A stretch of DNA of 58,066 nt, counting the filler, from Sluysia triapertura (Eukaryota), in NCBI GenBank assembly GCA_046118255.1. It is 4 parts of 4 records of this genome, joined end to end, with 100 filler letters (N's around TTAATTAATTAA, not from the genome) between each part and the next. Parts side by side here need not be neighbours in the genome. Positions count along the whole stretch, not along the records: positions 12,432 to 26,543 come from JBJNIA010005776.1; 3 more parts are not named here. One strand, written 5' to 3'. Numbering within the stretch: position 1 is the stretch's first letter; each line of letters opens with the position of its first letter. The translations under genes and the position numbers were made by a program. Under the pieces are notes generated by a model that ran no database searches, had not been told where the DNA came from, and saw only the letters and a list, made by a program, of their open reading frames with translations. Below, in pieces: positions 12,432 through 26,643 of this stretch.

Positions 12432-14574
12432 AATTTTCCAAAATTTAACAATTAAAAAATTTTCTAAAAAGTTTAAAATTATATACAAAAATTTGTACAT
12501 TCTTACAAACTATATATAATTGAGTATCAGGGAATGGATAATTATTTTGCATATCTTTCTAATATTTCATATGATCTTTAATTGGTAATGTTAACATTTT
12601 AACATTTTCATTTTAGAATTCATATAGCATTGTATAATCCATATTTTCAGATTCAATTGTGGTAATACATTTGATGCATATGTTTTAGTATTTTGGATAT
12701 TTTATTATTGAAAAGTATAAATTATAAATTTATAAAAATAAACAAACTAGTTTGGAAACGTTTTATTGTATCTTCACAAATAAATTCAAAATTAATGTCG
12801 AATATGGACCACAACATGATAATAGCAATGAATTAATAATAATGTTGAATTTATAAAGAATTCAAGCTTGATAATAAAAATTATTTAGATAAAATTATGA
12901 TTATTTGCAAATCTTCTCAAATAACTCACTAGATACTTTCTGTGTCAATAAATTAATATTTACTTGTATTAAATTAACAATTCAGCTTTCTATACAAATT
13001 CTATAACGTTAATATTCCTCAGTATCTTTAAGTTACCTTATAATAGATTCTCAACTGTAGTTCTCAATAATACTTTAAATATCTTCACTTATATATTGTT
13101 AGTCAGCAACAACTTAAACTCTTTATCGTTTTAATATTCAATTAATGCTTGCTTATTCTATATAGAAGTCTGAGTTCCCATACTCTTTCCGATGACCGGG
13201 AATGGAAACTCAAGTATTTGTTTTATTTGCGAAAATACTCGACCTTGACTTTGATTGTTATATGAATAAATATTATTTTGTATCACTTTATTTTGTTTTG
13301 TTCTATTCTGTTTTATCTTTCCTTTGGGGTTCTTTCTTATTATTTAACAATTAATTAATAAGTCAATAAATTCACAAGAAATTTTATTCAACAACAAAAT
13401 ATAAAATAGTTTAACAGTGGTAAATTTTAATGTTAATAAAATATAATATTTAATTTTTCAGAGAAAAAATCAATAATAATTACCTTTATGTTCAAAGTTC
13501 AGAATACTCCAACGCAATCAAATTATGTAACAGATTTGTTAAATACTCTGTAAACTTTATTATAACTGCATAAAAATTGTGAAAAGTGTGAACCACTTGT
13601 GAATAATTGTGTGGGTTGAAAAATCAGATTATCTATTTATACTATTTTTATATGACGATAATTTATTAAATTCTATATATAGGAATAATAAAATTAGTAA
13701 TAATAATCTACTATGTAACATTTAATAGTAACAAATATTAATACACATAGTAATTATTGTTTTTTGTCTGAAATAATAATACTAAATAATTTACAAGTAA
13801 TAAAATATGATAATTATTGTGTTGACTACATTTTTTCAATAATAATAAATAATTTATAAGTAATAACACATAATAATTATCGTTTTCTGTCTGCAATTTT
13901 TGTAAGTAAATGAGTAATTTTTTATAAATAGTAAATAGTAAGTATAAGTGACACATACTAATCATTGTTTTTATCTAAAATTGTTAATAAATTTTAATTT
14001 AAGTATTTATATTAAATCTCACTTTAATATGGTTTTTGTCGATTTGAATGTTTTTAAATTTGATTTAACATTATTCTCTCAATCTTTAAGTTAATATTGA
14101 TCGAGAATAATGTTATTAATTTTTAATTGTATACTAGTTTTATTCAATCTCAATTTAATATAATTTTAACTCTCATGTTAGATTAATCTTTATGTTCTTA
14201 AAATTTAATGTTATTTTATCTTTATAGAATCTCATTTTAAATGATAATTTATTTTATTTTACTCTAAAATTAAATGTTATTAAATTTTGAATTTATATCA
14301 ACTCTATTAAATCTCATTTTAAATTGATGACAAGCATTATAATCTTAATTAAAATGATTTTAATTTTTCTTTAAAAAATAATTTTATTACAAATTTAAAT
14401 TAAATAAATTTTAGATTTTAAAAATAAATGAATATTATATTACAATAAGAATAAGAATGAAAGTAAAATATAAGACTTAATGTATAAATATATAAAAAGT
14501 AAATAAGCAATATTAACAAATGGCCTATATGACCAACAAGTATAACTGAATACAAATATTGAACAAATGTAGTG

Positions 14575-15660
14575 TTGGTCGAACATGTTATAAAAATATA
14601 TATAAAAAGTACAACGTGATTCCATATAATAAATTTATCCGCCAAGTGTTATGTGATAGATTTGAATTACCTTATTATGGACTTGGTGAAATTAATATTA
14701 AACCATTATCAGAAAGTTTAATGAATAATTAAACAAGAAAAATTATGTTAACTGACAATTGTCTAGGGCACGGTTACTCAACCGTTTGGTTGCGTTAAAT
14801 GTTTTATGGGTCGCGGACTCGCAGATTAGTATAAATAATATATTATAATATAAATATAAACTAGATACTAAAAAAATTAATTTATACAATCAAAACGCTA
14901 ATTAGCGCAATAGTACATGTTCTTTTTATTTCTTAGCATTCTTTCATGTAATAAAAAATTGGGTCGCAGAACAATTTGAAATAATTTTATTGGGTCCCGG
15001 GTAAAAAGGTTGAGAAACGCTGGTATAGTGGATATGGGTATTATTCCATTTTTATTAATGATACAGCACAATTAGATGTGACCTATAATAGATTAATTCA
15101 TGTACGTTCACAAAATCTTAGTGAAACATTAATGAGTTGTACAAATATAATAACAATAAATTTAAGTCATAATCTATTCAATGATAACACTTCAACAGTA
15201 CTATGTGACTTAATGGCTACATCAATTAATTTAAAATATTTATATATGTCTTATAATAATTTAGGCGGTTATTTTTTTAATTTTAGTAAAGTTTTACCTT
15301 GACTTAGTAGCATTGAATCTTTAAATTGGAGCTTTAATGATCTTGGTACATTGGATCCAAAACTTATGAGTAAATTAATGACAGGTTTATGTAAAAATAC
15401 GTTAATAAATACATAGGTAAAGTATTAAAAACAATTGAAACTTTAGAGGAATTAATTTTGGTTAATAATCAAAAGTGAATGTCTAATTTCATTATCCAAG
15501 CAACTACATCAATGTAAAATAAAAAAAATTTTACGATTCGGTTTAAATCCAATTTTAACAGCTAGTGCTTATTCAGTGATTAATTTTTAATTGGAACATA
15601 AAAACCCACTATTTAAAATTTTGGATTTTGAAAGTGTAGAAGTAAATGATGATTTTAACA
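14575..15660 (+). pseudogene. LRRC74A/B-like leucine-rich-repeat pseudogene interrupted by a MITE
   Basis: YKNIYKKYNVIPYNKFIRQVLCDRFELPYYGLG...SLMNN*TRKIMLTDNCL[insert]GDMGIIPFLLMIQHN, INLSHNLFND, LYMSYNNLG, LNWSFNDLG, LRFGLNPI, ILDFESVEVNDDF. This parallels LRRC74A as I recall it (VVPVSYFIR, HHGLG, LEDNCI, LKLFLNPI, LDISNVLVSEQF). Several stops and frameshifts. Confidence 0.75.
14769..15022. mobile_element. hAT (Charlie-like) MITE, 254 bp
   Basis: Imperfect TIRs CACGGTTACTCAACC / GGTTGAGAAACGCTG; 8-bp TSD GTCTAGGG (14761-14768) vs GTATAGTG (15023-15030), 6/8 match; internal GGGTCGC repeats. Confidence 0.88.
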
Positions 15661-16029
15661 TTGGTGAAACTAATTCCAGATTTAATAATACTAACTTGTG
15701 TTAGATTAATCGAATAACTTCCGATATTAGTCCATTATATCGATCAAGATTACTAGCCAGAAAATTTGATATGAAAATAACAGATTTTTTTGCACAATAT
15801 ATTAATAATGATGATTAGAAAAATATAAATATATCTTCGTTAGATTTATGTGCTTTTTGTGTTATGATTTTTCGCTTGTTTATTATTTTTACATATGGTT
15901 AAGTGACTATTTAAATTTTAAGCCTGCTTCATATCTCTTAAAAGCAAAATGAATTAAAATTAAAAATAAATTAAAGTTTAGGAGCAATAAGAACAAACAT
16001 AAAACTTAGGAAACCGATAAAGCATCCCT

Positions 16030-16250
16030 CAATATCATTTAATCGATTTTGTATAGGTTGTAAATGCGCCAACATTTGGATTAAAACCTGAACTCATTGA
16101 TTTTAAACTGATGATTATTAATAGTGCAAAGAGATATTCATGTAGTTGTTTTAACAATAGTTTTAGGGGTTTCTTCAAATCTTTGTACTATTGCTTCTTT
16201 TTCATCCTCGGTAATTGATAATCTAGCAGATATTTTTTGATACTGTTTAC
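16030..16250 (-). mobile_element. Tc1/mariner-type transposase N-terminal remnant
   Basis: ARLSITEDEKEAIVQRFEETPKT..T*ISLCTI resembles the GRPR..SP..S.R...IS..TV HTH region; a frameshifted HLQP(Y)KI follows. Confidence 0.4.
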
Positions 16251-16864
16251 TTTACATTTAGAATGGTTTTGAAATGAATTCCAAAAATATTTATTTTCGT
16301 ATTAAATTTATAACTGTATTGCTTATTTAAAATACAAAATATTTCATGACTAAATATAAATATTATATTTAAATAATTTATAAAGAGTAATCATTTATTA
16401 ACATAAAATTATAATATTTCTGTTTTCAATTCAAAAACATTTATTTTTTGCTTCACTTCAAATTTATTAAGCATTATAATTTTTATGCAAATTTTAATTT
16501 TTACAATTTAATTAGTGTTTTATGTCGTATATTTTTCATATTAGTACAAATATTTTTTAAAAATATTGTATATTATTTCGGATTAGTAAAAAAATCAATT
16601 TTTAAAATCCAAATAGTGCAATTTAATGTTATAATTTAATCAACAATTGAAGGTTCTTTTATAAAAGAGAATAGATGTTCAAAATTAATTTATTATTGAA
16701 GCTACTGTTTCTTGTAATGTTATAATTTTATAATAAATTAATTTTATTATAATTTTATATCAATCCAGGCTTTGTACAATGAATGCATAAAAATGATCAT
16801 GATAAATAATACGATGATCATAATTTGGTAGTCCACACTTGTCATACTAATAGTTGTGTTAGAT

Positions 16865-17750
16865 TGTCATCACAACCCTATAAAGTAATTCAAAAATGTC
16901 ATAATGACACTTTAAAACTATTTTAAAATATTTAAAACCATCAAAACATTAATTAAAAGCGTATGAAACATCTTAAAAACATTTATTAATTTTTAAAATT
17001 ACTTAAAAAACAATTATTTTTCCAAAAAGAAATTATTTTTTACAAAAATTATTAAAACAGAAAATTATCTTCTAAAAATAGAATAGAAACTTCTAGAATG
17101 TTCTATCAATTTTCAGTGGATGATGACTAATATATAAACTAGCATCAATACAATAAAAATCGCTATTTTATCGTCGCCATTTTGGTAGTTGCAAATTTTT
17201 TAATTCTATGTGAAATTCAAGATAATTGTGAATTTAATAACCGTAACAATTTCGAGATATTCATCAATCAATTTTGGATACTATCATTTTTTGGTAAATT
17301 ATATATTTGTTAAGGGAGATTTTAACTTTTGAAGTTCAGATCATAAATTCCACTTAAATTTCGTATTAATTTATAAAGTTTTTTAAGTCCCGACATATTG
17401 AGGGCTAAACTCTACGCAAACTTTATTAGCATCAGATTAAACGCTCACGGAGCTTTAATCTTTAAAATTAATTATTTTGTATTGTCTTCATAAGTTATTG
17501 TTATAAGCTCTTTGGATTTTTGTATTTTTTAATCAAAGAATTGGTGTTTAATTATTAAATTAAATATCAAATTATTGAGTGATTAAAAAGCCCTCTAAAA
17601 TTCATCTGTTAGTTAGAGACGTTACTTTTTAAGTGATCTTTTAACTTAATAGTTACTTATTAGCGCCAACGATACGTTATAGGACGTTTACTGTAACCGG
17701 ACCCAGCTCAGAAATATTGTACCGTAGGTTAAGTGTTAGAAAAACCACAG
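16865..17750 (+). repeat. Candidate solo LTR (family A)
   Basis: Starts TGTCATCACAAC and ends AAAACCACA, with internal TATATAAA. The same two termini bound the inverted copy at 20482-21179. No TSD found. Confidence 0.5.
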
Positions 17751-20023
17751 CAATTGTATTACAATTTAAAATTATTATTGTGTGATCAAAGTACAAATTG
17801 ACTTCCAGATTAGAAGTTTAAATTATTTACAGAACAATGAAAAGGAATTAAGCTTAATTAATTTTCAATGCAAATTCTGTCAAATTCTTTCTAAAATTGA
17901 TTCACGGAAATTGAACCTTGAATTTCTTCCTGTACAGTCTGATGTACTAACTATTGGACTGTCTAGTCCGTCCAATTATTTATTTGTAGTTAATTAAGTA
18001 ATTTTAATTCATACTTTTTATACCTAAACCTCAACTAAAATTTTCCATGGAATATGGTTTTAAAACAAGTTATTTTGAACTTTTTGGTATTATGTTTTTA
18101 TTCTTTTATACAGTATGCTATCCTTAAAATTAAGACAATAGAATTAAATAATGAAAATATGAATTAACTAATTTAAGTATATGTTTAATGTTGTAATTAT
18201 TATTTTTACGATACGTATATTTATTTGACAAAGTTGTGCCTCAAAATAAAAATATTTCAGTTAAAATAATCTATATTATAATTTTAATTTTAAACATCAT
18301 AAGAACATCATTCATATCGAGTAATAATCACCTTTACCGCACATTATTTCTTGATGAAACCACTGATACAAATAATAAAATAATATAGTAATATAAAATT
18401 AAAATAGAAAAATGAGTTAGAATTGTTTAAACTATTTAAAATGTTTTCAAATATTTTCTCATTTTTTATATATATAATTTTTTTATGTTTTCTTATAAAA
18501 TAATTATTACTAATCAAACTTAAATAACAAAAGTAATAAATTTAAAGTAAATTATGAAAGTTAAAATAAAAGTGATATTTAATTTAAGTTATATTATCAA
18601 AAAGAAGCGTAATAAAATTTTATTATTTTGAATTTTACGTTTATGAATGCATTTATTATTATTGTGAGAATTACTTATTAAATTATAAATTTAAAAGATA
18701 CTGAAATTAAAAAATTAATGAAAGAAATCTTAAAAATACTACTCAAGAAACCTAAATGTATAATTATGTCATTAAATTAACTAGTCCAAAAAGTTTTCAA
18801 AAAAAATGGGAAAAGCAAGAATAGATAAGTATAAACCAAATAGTTAAATCTGCAAAATAGATTTGAATAAATATTATTTGGAAGTTTTTTAACGAAAATC
18901 TATTTAAAAATAGCCTCAATTTTAGAGTTTGTCTAAAGTATACTGTTTACCTATTTTTTCTCTATTGCAAGTGTTTTATCGAGAAAAACGTAAAACTTAC
19001 ACTTACAAAATGTCTGAAGGTCAATTCGCCTAATATACACGATTTATACCAACACTGGAGACGCGCTATTAGGATTTTTTGCAAGAAAATCTAAGGATAT
19101 TAAGCAGATCTACACCACATTTTGTGAAAAGTATTATGTACGAATTGTTAAGTTATTTATATTTCACTAGCTTTCTTAAGGTCTAGTTAAAAATTACAAA
19201 ATCACACTAGCCTTCTTAAGGTCTAATTTTACAACAAAGTTATTTTTGACAATAAACAAAAACTATCTTAACACTAACTTATATTCCACAAAGAAAAACT
19301 ATAAAATCAAAGTCTTTATACAAATCAGAATATGAAATTATAAATTTTAATTTTTTGTGTTCAAAATAATTGACGTTTAATTATATTTTAGAACTAAGTT
19401 ACACTGGCAGTAAAAAATCCGGTATTAAATTTTAAGGATTTTAAGTAGGATTTTGTATTTCCCTTATAAGGTAAAATAGTTCCTTAAACAAAAAAGTACT
19501 TGTTTGATATGAAATTGTTTATTTTAAAGTCTAACAACTACTTAGTTCCTGTCGGTGAGTGCCTTCTAATTTTTCGTCGTTATTTCTTGTAACTTTCTCT
19601 TAGTGCAGAATATATAGATTTGACTTTTAATATTCTTCATTTTATAATGTAGAAATTACCTAAGTAAGCTTTTATTTCTAGTTTACGAAACTATTTCGGT
19701 TACCAGTACTTATGTGGGATCTCTAATTTTTAATTTGATTAGCTTGTTATCATAAATTGAAAATAACAATAAAAACAATTTACTACAGTTAATTATTTTC
19801 ATTAAAATTTAATACAACACACTATCAAATGGCACATAAAATAATATAGATATTATAATTCATTATAATAAGAGCACACAATCTTCATTAAAACTGAACT
19901 CCGTCTAGTAGTGCAATCAGATCTTAAGTCAGCTCATGCTTATGTTATCTAAATTATATTTTTGGAAATTGCAACCAATTTGTTAATTGTTATTCATTAT
20001 TTATTATTATTTTTAATATCTGG

Positions 20024-20024
<1 letters not shown>

Positions 20025-20071
<47 letters not shown>
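20025..20071 (+). repeat. (TTA)n microsatellite
   Basis: About 15 near-perfect TTA units. Confidence 0.9.
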
Positions 20072-20074
<3 letters not shown>

Positions 20075-20481
20075 TTAACTTAAAATGTTATTATACGTAC
20101 CAGAGCATATGTCTTGCAGAATTACAATATGGCCAAACAAATATTACATAAGTTAGTTTTTGAATAATAAAGCTTGAAATTCAATTACCTATGGACCCCT
20201 TAAGTTGATTATTTTGTTGTGAACTATAAAATTTTATATTTTAAATTGGTTTCTAATCACTCTTTAATGTTATCTTTTATAAATAATGCTCATTTATAAT
20301 GCAATAATTAATTCTCATTATTATTTCCATTATTAAAATATTTATTAGTTGTATATTTTCATTGTTTAAATTGAAAACAAAACATTTTATTCTATCAATC
20401 AATTATAACACAGAATAAAATATAAAGCTTGAAATAAGCACAAATAAAATTATGTTATTTTAATATAAATGAAACTTTTTC

Positions 20482-21179
20482 TGTGGTTTACTTGATCCTT
20501 AATCTACGGCAAAATAATTTTGAGCAGGGTCGGTTACACTACACGACTTATGACGTAAAGTGAGTGTATCCGTAACTAGAAGTGACAATTCTTAATGTAG
20601 CGTTTAGTGAAACTGTCTGGAAATTCTGCTATTTGGTTTATATAGTAATAGATTGTAATTTTATGGATACCTTCTCAATGGAATAGATTGTATTTTACTT
20701 ATTGTATATATGTATCGATGAATTTAACCTTACCATTTTAAAATACTTTTATTTTTTAATTAATCTGTCACAAATTAATTCACCCAATTGAACATTACCT
20801 TTTGAAGGTAGAACATTTAAATAATTGTAGAAACAATAAAATATTAATATAATAAAGATTATACGATTAATTACCGATTTTACAAAGAAATTTTATTAAA
20901 AGATTTTACTTCTTCGAGTAAAACATATCTCAAAAAATTATAAACTTACTAATTTTATAATAACAATAAAATTGAATGTAATTGTCCAAATTTTCGAATA
21001 AGTAATAAAGTAACTGAATGGACAAATTTAAAAGCTGTGTTACTAAGTTCTGTTTGTTCTTCAATTGAAGCTAGTATTGACCAATCACAATCAAGTGGAA
21101 TTTCCGAATTTTTCAGAAAATTCTAGAAAATTACTGGTTTTTTTGTCGAAATTTTGTAATTTTAAGAGTTGTGATGACA
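20482..21179 (-). repeat. Candidate solo LTR (family A, inverted copy)
   Basis: Reverse complement starts TGTCATCACAACTC and ends GTAACCGACCCTGCTCAAAATTATTTTGCCGTAGATTAAG...AAACCACA, matching the 16865-17750 termini. Confidence 0.5.
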
Positions 21180-21779
21180 ATGTAGCATTTTAAAATTGTA
21201 TTTAAAATTTGATTAAAAATGCATATTATATATTTTATAATTTTTAAAGAAATCTGTATAAGAATACTTTATTTTTAGCATTTTGAATAATGCACACAAA
21301 TTTGTTTATAAAACTAACAAAACAAAAATCAAATAAAATAACCATTCCTTTACGTGAATGATACTTTTGACCGAAATGTATTTAAACAATGATTAAAAGA
21401 AAAATATAAAATTACAAATAGTATGTTTTATGTGGTAAGTAATATAAAAATTCGTAATTTGCTTTGTTCTTGTAATTAATATAAATAATCTTACATATTA
21501 GGTTGTAGAATATGAAATGTTTCATTTTATTCTTAGATTCCTTTTTAATTAAATTCATGGTAATTGAAGAAATTAAGGATTTATTATTTTAAAGCCGCAA
21601 AATCGTTTATCACATTAAATTAATGAATTGTCTTTAAGTTTATTTTAAACTATCATTTTCTACAAACTCCAGCTCATTCCTAACGTATTAGAATCAAACA
21701 TCAGTTAATATGGCATTTTTAGAAGGTCGTATTAGCAATAATAAGCAACCTAAAAAATACTCATGCTAATCATAATACA

Positions 21780-22270
21780 ATTTACAGACACATAGTAATA
21801 TTTGAAAATGCCACGAACCTTGATAAATTAAATAGAAAGCAAAAATGCAACCAATAGAAATAAAACTTATTCTTAAAAGAATAAACAAATCCGAGCCATA
21901 TCTATAACAAAAGGTAATTAATGATAATAGAAAATACTGAGAAACTTAAATAGATAACGAAACAGAATAGATTTGTTTGTAATAGTCTGGTGGAGTACTT
22001 TATTGTAGATATCTGAAACTCCTTAAACAATTGCATCTGAAAAATACAAAAATGAAATTAGAATTGTGCATAAGAAATAACCGTAAAACAGTTAAAATTC
22101 TATATCAATCGCTACATTTGCTTGATCTTTCTCCTATGAATGATCACATTTTAAAAGATTAAAGTTAATTACTAAAAATAAAAAAACATCTGAATCAAGA
22201 TAACCTTGAAAATACTGTATTTAGTCAATTGGTAAAATATATAGATATTTATGGTGATTATTTTAATAAA
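21780..22270 (+). mobile_element. Mariner transposase remnant (catalytic half)
   Basis: Fragments INKSEPYL, VIVWWST, TIASEKYKNEIRIVHKK, ILYQSLHLLDLSPMNDHILK (cf. LPHPPYSPDLSPTDYHFFK) and KYIDIYGDYFN, in mariner order and heavily frameshifted. Confidence 0.7.
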
Positions 22271-25200
22271 TATTTGTTGCTGGGATGTTTCTTCTTTGAA
22301 GTGTAAGATAAATTTCTCAAAGTTGAATTTTTGGCTTTTCAGTTAATTTAGATACTACATAAACTATTTAAACTAAAACACTAAAAACATACATTTTCAA
22401 TTTATTTATACCAAAGTTAATACTCCTTTAAACAACATTCAACCAATTAGATACTCCAAAATTGTGTTCGCACTAAACCACTACTAAATCCATAATAAAG
22501 GCGAGTAAACCATTCAATCTTATTACTGATGATCTTATTATTACTTTATGTTATTGTTTTCAGATTAACACTGAATATATTAGCAAGTTCTTTAAATTTA
22601 TGCAAATATTTTCTTCAACAATAACTCTACTTTGATTACTAAGAAAATGACCTTAAATTTTTATTAAAAAGAAACTTGTGATTTAACAACTTAATATATA
22701 TTTTATAGAAAAAATAATATTTCTATATTTTTTCAAATATAATCTTCATTAAATTAACTTTGATTTATTTAATGCATTTTTAGTCTGCTCAGTATGAGAC
22801 CTGAGTTATATCTATTTGTGAAATCACAATTATAAATACAAAAACAATGCGAACACTTAAGTAATGCCAAATGTATTTCTTTTAAATTTATATATAATCC
22901 AATAAAATATTGTTTTAATGAAAATATAGTTTCATTACAATCTCAAATGAAAGATACAAAAATTAACAACAAAGTTTTACTCACAAAACGCAGTCTCAAA
23001 TAACAAATTAATGTAAAATTAGGTGATACAATTGAAATTTTGTATTCTTAATCTCATATTATATTATTTAGATATAATTATATATATTTTGTTTGTATAT
23101 TTCGTTTTTGCCTGTTCTAACATTAAAAAAATTTATAACCAAAAATTTCATTTTATTCTTATTTTAATATAGATACTGCTTTAATGGAAAATAACATTAA
23201 TGAAAAATGAAACATATAAATGAAACCTTCAATATGTTTTAAATAATAATTTTAAATTACCTTCATAATAAAATTTTACTTAATATCGTGCAAAAATAAT
23301 TTATAAATAAAATAAATTTATAAGGTAATAAAATAAATCAAAATTTGAAAAAATAATTATTATTATAGATATTTTTTTACGAAATTAATGAATTTTTCTT
23401 ATCAATTTCGAAAATATGTTTTCAAACAATCCACAAACAAAAAATGTTCCACTATTTTATATGACATTATATAATTAGTGTTTAAAAATTAGCCTTTATT
23501 AAGCTTAACTTAATCTTCTCTGCTTTTAAGACTTGGCACCTACTGAGAGATCATTTTTTTCAAGATAGAACGTACAATGAATGTAGAATGAAAAATGTCT
23601 TTGTAAACATTTTGAACTTGATAACTCTTGAATTTTAAAAATTAAAATAAATAAGCATTTACGTAAATTAGAGCATATATAATCTAATAAATAAATAATT
23701 ATTTATTAGTAATTAAATACTAATACATAATATAACATAAAAAATCTGATTATTTAACTTGATGACAATAAATATTCTTAATATTTTATTTTAATAATTC
23801 ACTTATTATTAAAATAAATAATTTGCATAATTTAGATTGCAAATATGTAAAATTAATTATTAAAAGTTTTTTCCTTTTTTTATACAAAAAGAATGTAAAA
23901 TTAAAAAAACACAAAAAATAAAATATTAAATTTTATGATATATGTAGGTTCTTTTAATTGTACTTAAATACGCTCTCTTTATCTCTAAGAGTACTTCAAA
24001 ATCGAACCAATTTGTTTTGCGTTTTATTTATTTTTATCTATTCTATCATTTTACTTTTATTAAATTTAATTTCATCTTCATATCTCAAGTTAATATAGAC
24101 TATATTCTTAATTAGTTTTCCAAATTTACCACTTATCTATTCCACTATAATTTTCAATCAATTTTCTATCACCTATTTTCTTTATTTTCACTTATGTTTT
24201 GCCAAGTTTAAATAATAAACAAGTAAACAATTTCAAAAGAGAAAACAGATTATCATAAATAAAGCCAATTTAAATTTCTTGTCAATTTAAACAAGTTGAT
24301 ATTAAATTTTGATTAAATTTATTATTTAATATGCATTACCTGCGATTTAAATGAGATAAATGAATAAATTTTATCATAAAAGTATGAAATGAAGTTTTGT
24401 TTGACCTTTATTTGCGTCACTTACGTTTTCCATTAGCATGTTTTTGCAAGTCAAACAATATATGAATGTTTTTTAATATTGGTAGTAATTGTACTATCAC
24501 AAAGATGTTTAACAATTCGTATTTCCTTTTTAAACATTCGTAATACACTGATCATTATGTCATATTTTGATTAGCACAATAACAGTATAATAAATTGATC
24601 CATGTTATTAAATTAAGATAATTAATTTGTTTAAGTTGCAAAATGATATTAATATATTTAAGTGCCGGTTCGCCTAGAGTAAATGATTTATATATGAATT
24701 TTTTGTGAATATCTGATAAGCTCTTCTAAACTTTTATTGATATTGTGATGGAACAGCCATTTGAAGTAATTTCAATGTCACCCATACATAATTTTACATA
24801 AAATTTATTCACAAACATATTCTATACCTCATAATCTCATCACATTTAATAGAATCATTAACAAATTAGCAATCGTGGTTGTTAAATGATGACTTTACGG
24901 TTTATATTTTTTATTTATTGCAATATATTTTTAATAATGAAATTTTCTAGTACAATCATTGCATTGGTATGTGTTTCGTACACAAAAAATGTTTTTATAA
25001 GATTTGAGCTTGTATATAACTAAATGCGTGTCGTGATTTTTAAATAAAATCTCGTCCTTAATGGGTTAATATATAAATCGTACCAATTAATTATATTAAT
25101 ATCCAGATGTTCTCACAGACATCAGCACCATTCCAAAGAGCGCCTTTAAACTCTTCGTATCTCATTTTTTATAATTACACAAAGTTGGAGTTTCAGAATG

Positions 25201-26543
25201 AATTAATGTGATTTTTTAAAAATTATATAAGAATTTTTTAATTTTTATCCTTTTACATTTTTTGTTTAAATATTTGGTTTTTTGAAAATTGCTAATATTT
25301 AGTACTTAGTACAAAAACAATATATTTAGTTGATTTAAAAATAGACTTTTAATGGATATTCATAACAATCATATGAAATTTATTCTATCACAGTTTTATG
25401 AAGAATTTAAAAACCAAGAAATTTCTATCGCGTTATAACGTATGATGATTTTAAAGCGGGCAAAATTTATATTTTAATAATGAAAGCGGCAAGTCCTCTG
25501 TTAGAAAACATAATAAAGAAATTCAGATTAACTTCTATGATATTACGGAAACTCCAATAAGTTGTCTTTTGAACTTTTAAAAGAAATGAATTAAGATTTT
25601 ATTTTAAAACAAGTTGTAAGGTTTATTGATTCGAAGTTGTGATATATAAATTAATAAATATGATCGATTTTTATTTTTGTTTCTACTTTGTTAATAAGTC
25701 ATTTTCAAGCCTTAAACCGAGTTTCAATTTTAAATTTTTTCGATTTTATCTTATAAATTTGGATCTTAAGTCCACTTTTAGCTTTATAATAATTATCCTT
25801 AATAACAGAAGTAATAATTCAACCAAATTGGACCTTTAGTCCTTACTCGACAACAGTTTTTTGAAATTAAATTATTTACTAAAATTGAAATTTCCGTTTG
25901 TGAATTGACCATAACTCGGCCATAACACATGTTTAATTCCTTAAAATAAATTTCTTACAAATAAATCGCTTTCTGCTAAACTTTCCTATTTTTATTAATA
26001 AGCCCCACATGACCTCTTTAATTTTTTTATCGAGGTTTGAATAACTTCCCTTATCGATATAAAAAGTTATGAAATGTCTTTTACTCTTCTTACTGTTTCA
26101 CAAATAATATGATCAAACTATTCTTTAACAATTTAATATTTGCAAATTGAATTACCTTAAATTATCCAATAGACTAAAATCTTTATTCCCAAACATCGAA
26201 AATGCTTGACACTTTATAATAACTTATCTTCTAAATTACTTTCAATACCAGCAATTATTTAGGTAACGTAATACTAATAAATTTTTATTAAATTGTGCTA
26301 CAATTGATTATTATTATGTAACAAAGGAGTACACTAAATGGTTTCATTAAAGGTAACACCATTAAGAATTTCAGTAAGTATTTTATTATTATCCTTAAGC
26401 TAGCATTTTAAGTTAGATTTTTTTCCCTTAAATTAATTAACACTAGATTTACCAGGAATTTTCCATACCTATTTATACCTATTTTTTAATATTATTTAAT
26501 TAACAAAAAAATAAAAACACTTGCGAAATTAGTGCATTTAGTT

Positions 26544-26643
26544 NNNNNNNNNNNNNNNNNNNNNNNNNNNNNNNNNNNNNNNNNNNNTTAATTAATTAAN
26601 NNNNNNNNNNNNNNNNNNNNNNNNNNNNNNNNNNNNNNNNNNN
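26544..26643. other. Artificial 100-nt contig spacer
   Basis: 44N-TTAATTAATTAA-44N. Confidence 0.97.

Noticed and set aside
13738-14645. Short Ile/Leu/Phe/Tyr/Asn-rich ORFs here and throughout the window
   Set aside because: Composition expected from random AT-rich DNA; no motifs or splice support.
17160-17460. Possible histone H3 fragment (ATGGCG on the minus strand)
   Set aside because: Translation does not give ARTKQTARK and stops early; lies inside a candidate LTR.
19165-19226. 21-nt direct duplication CACTAGC(T/C)TTCTTAAGGTCTA (also small duplications at about 44465 and 57981)
   Set aside because: Only two copies; ordinary local duplication, not an array.
24900-25070. piggyBac-like end CTCGTCCTTAATGGGTTAA (a similar lone end GGGGCTGAAAGGGTTAA at about 40965-40981)
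   Set aside because: No matching partner TIR found, so no element could be delimited.
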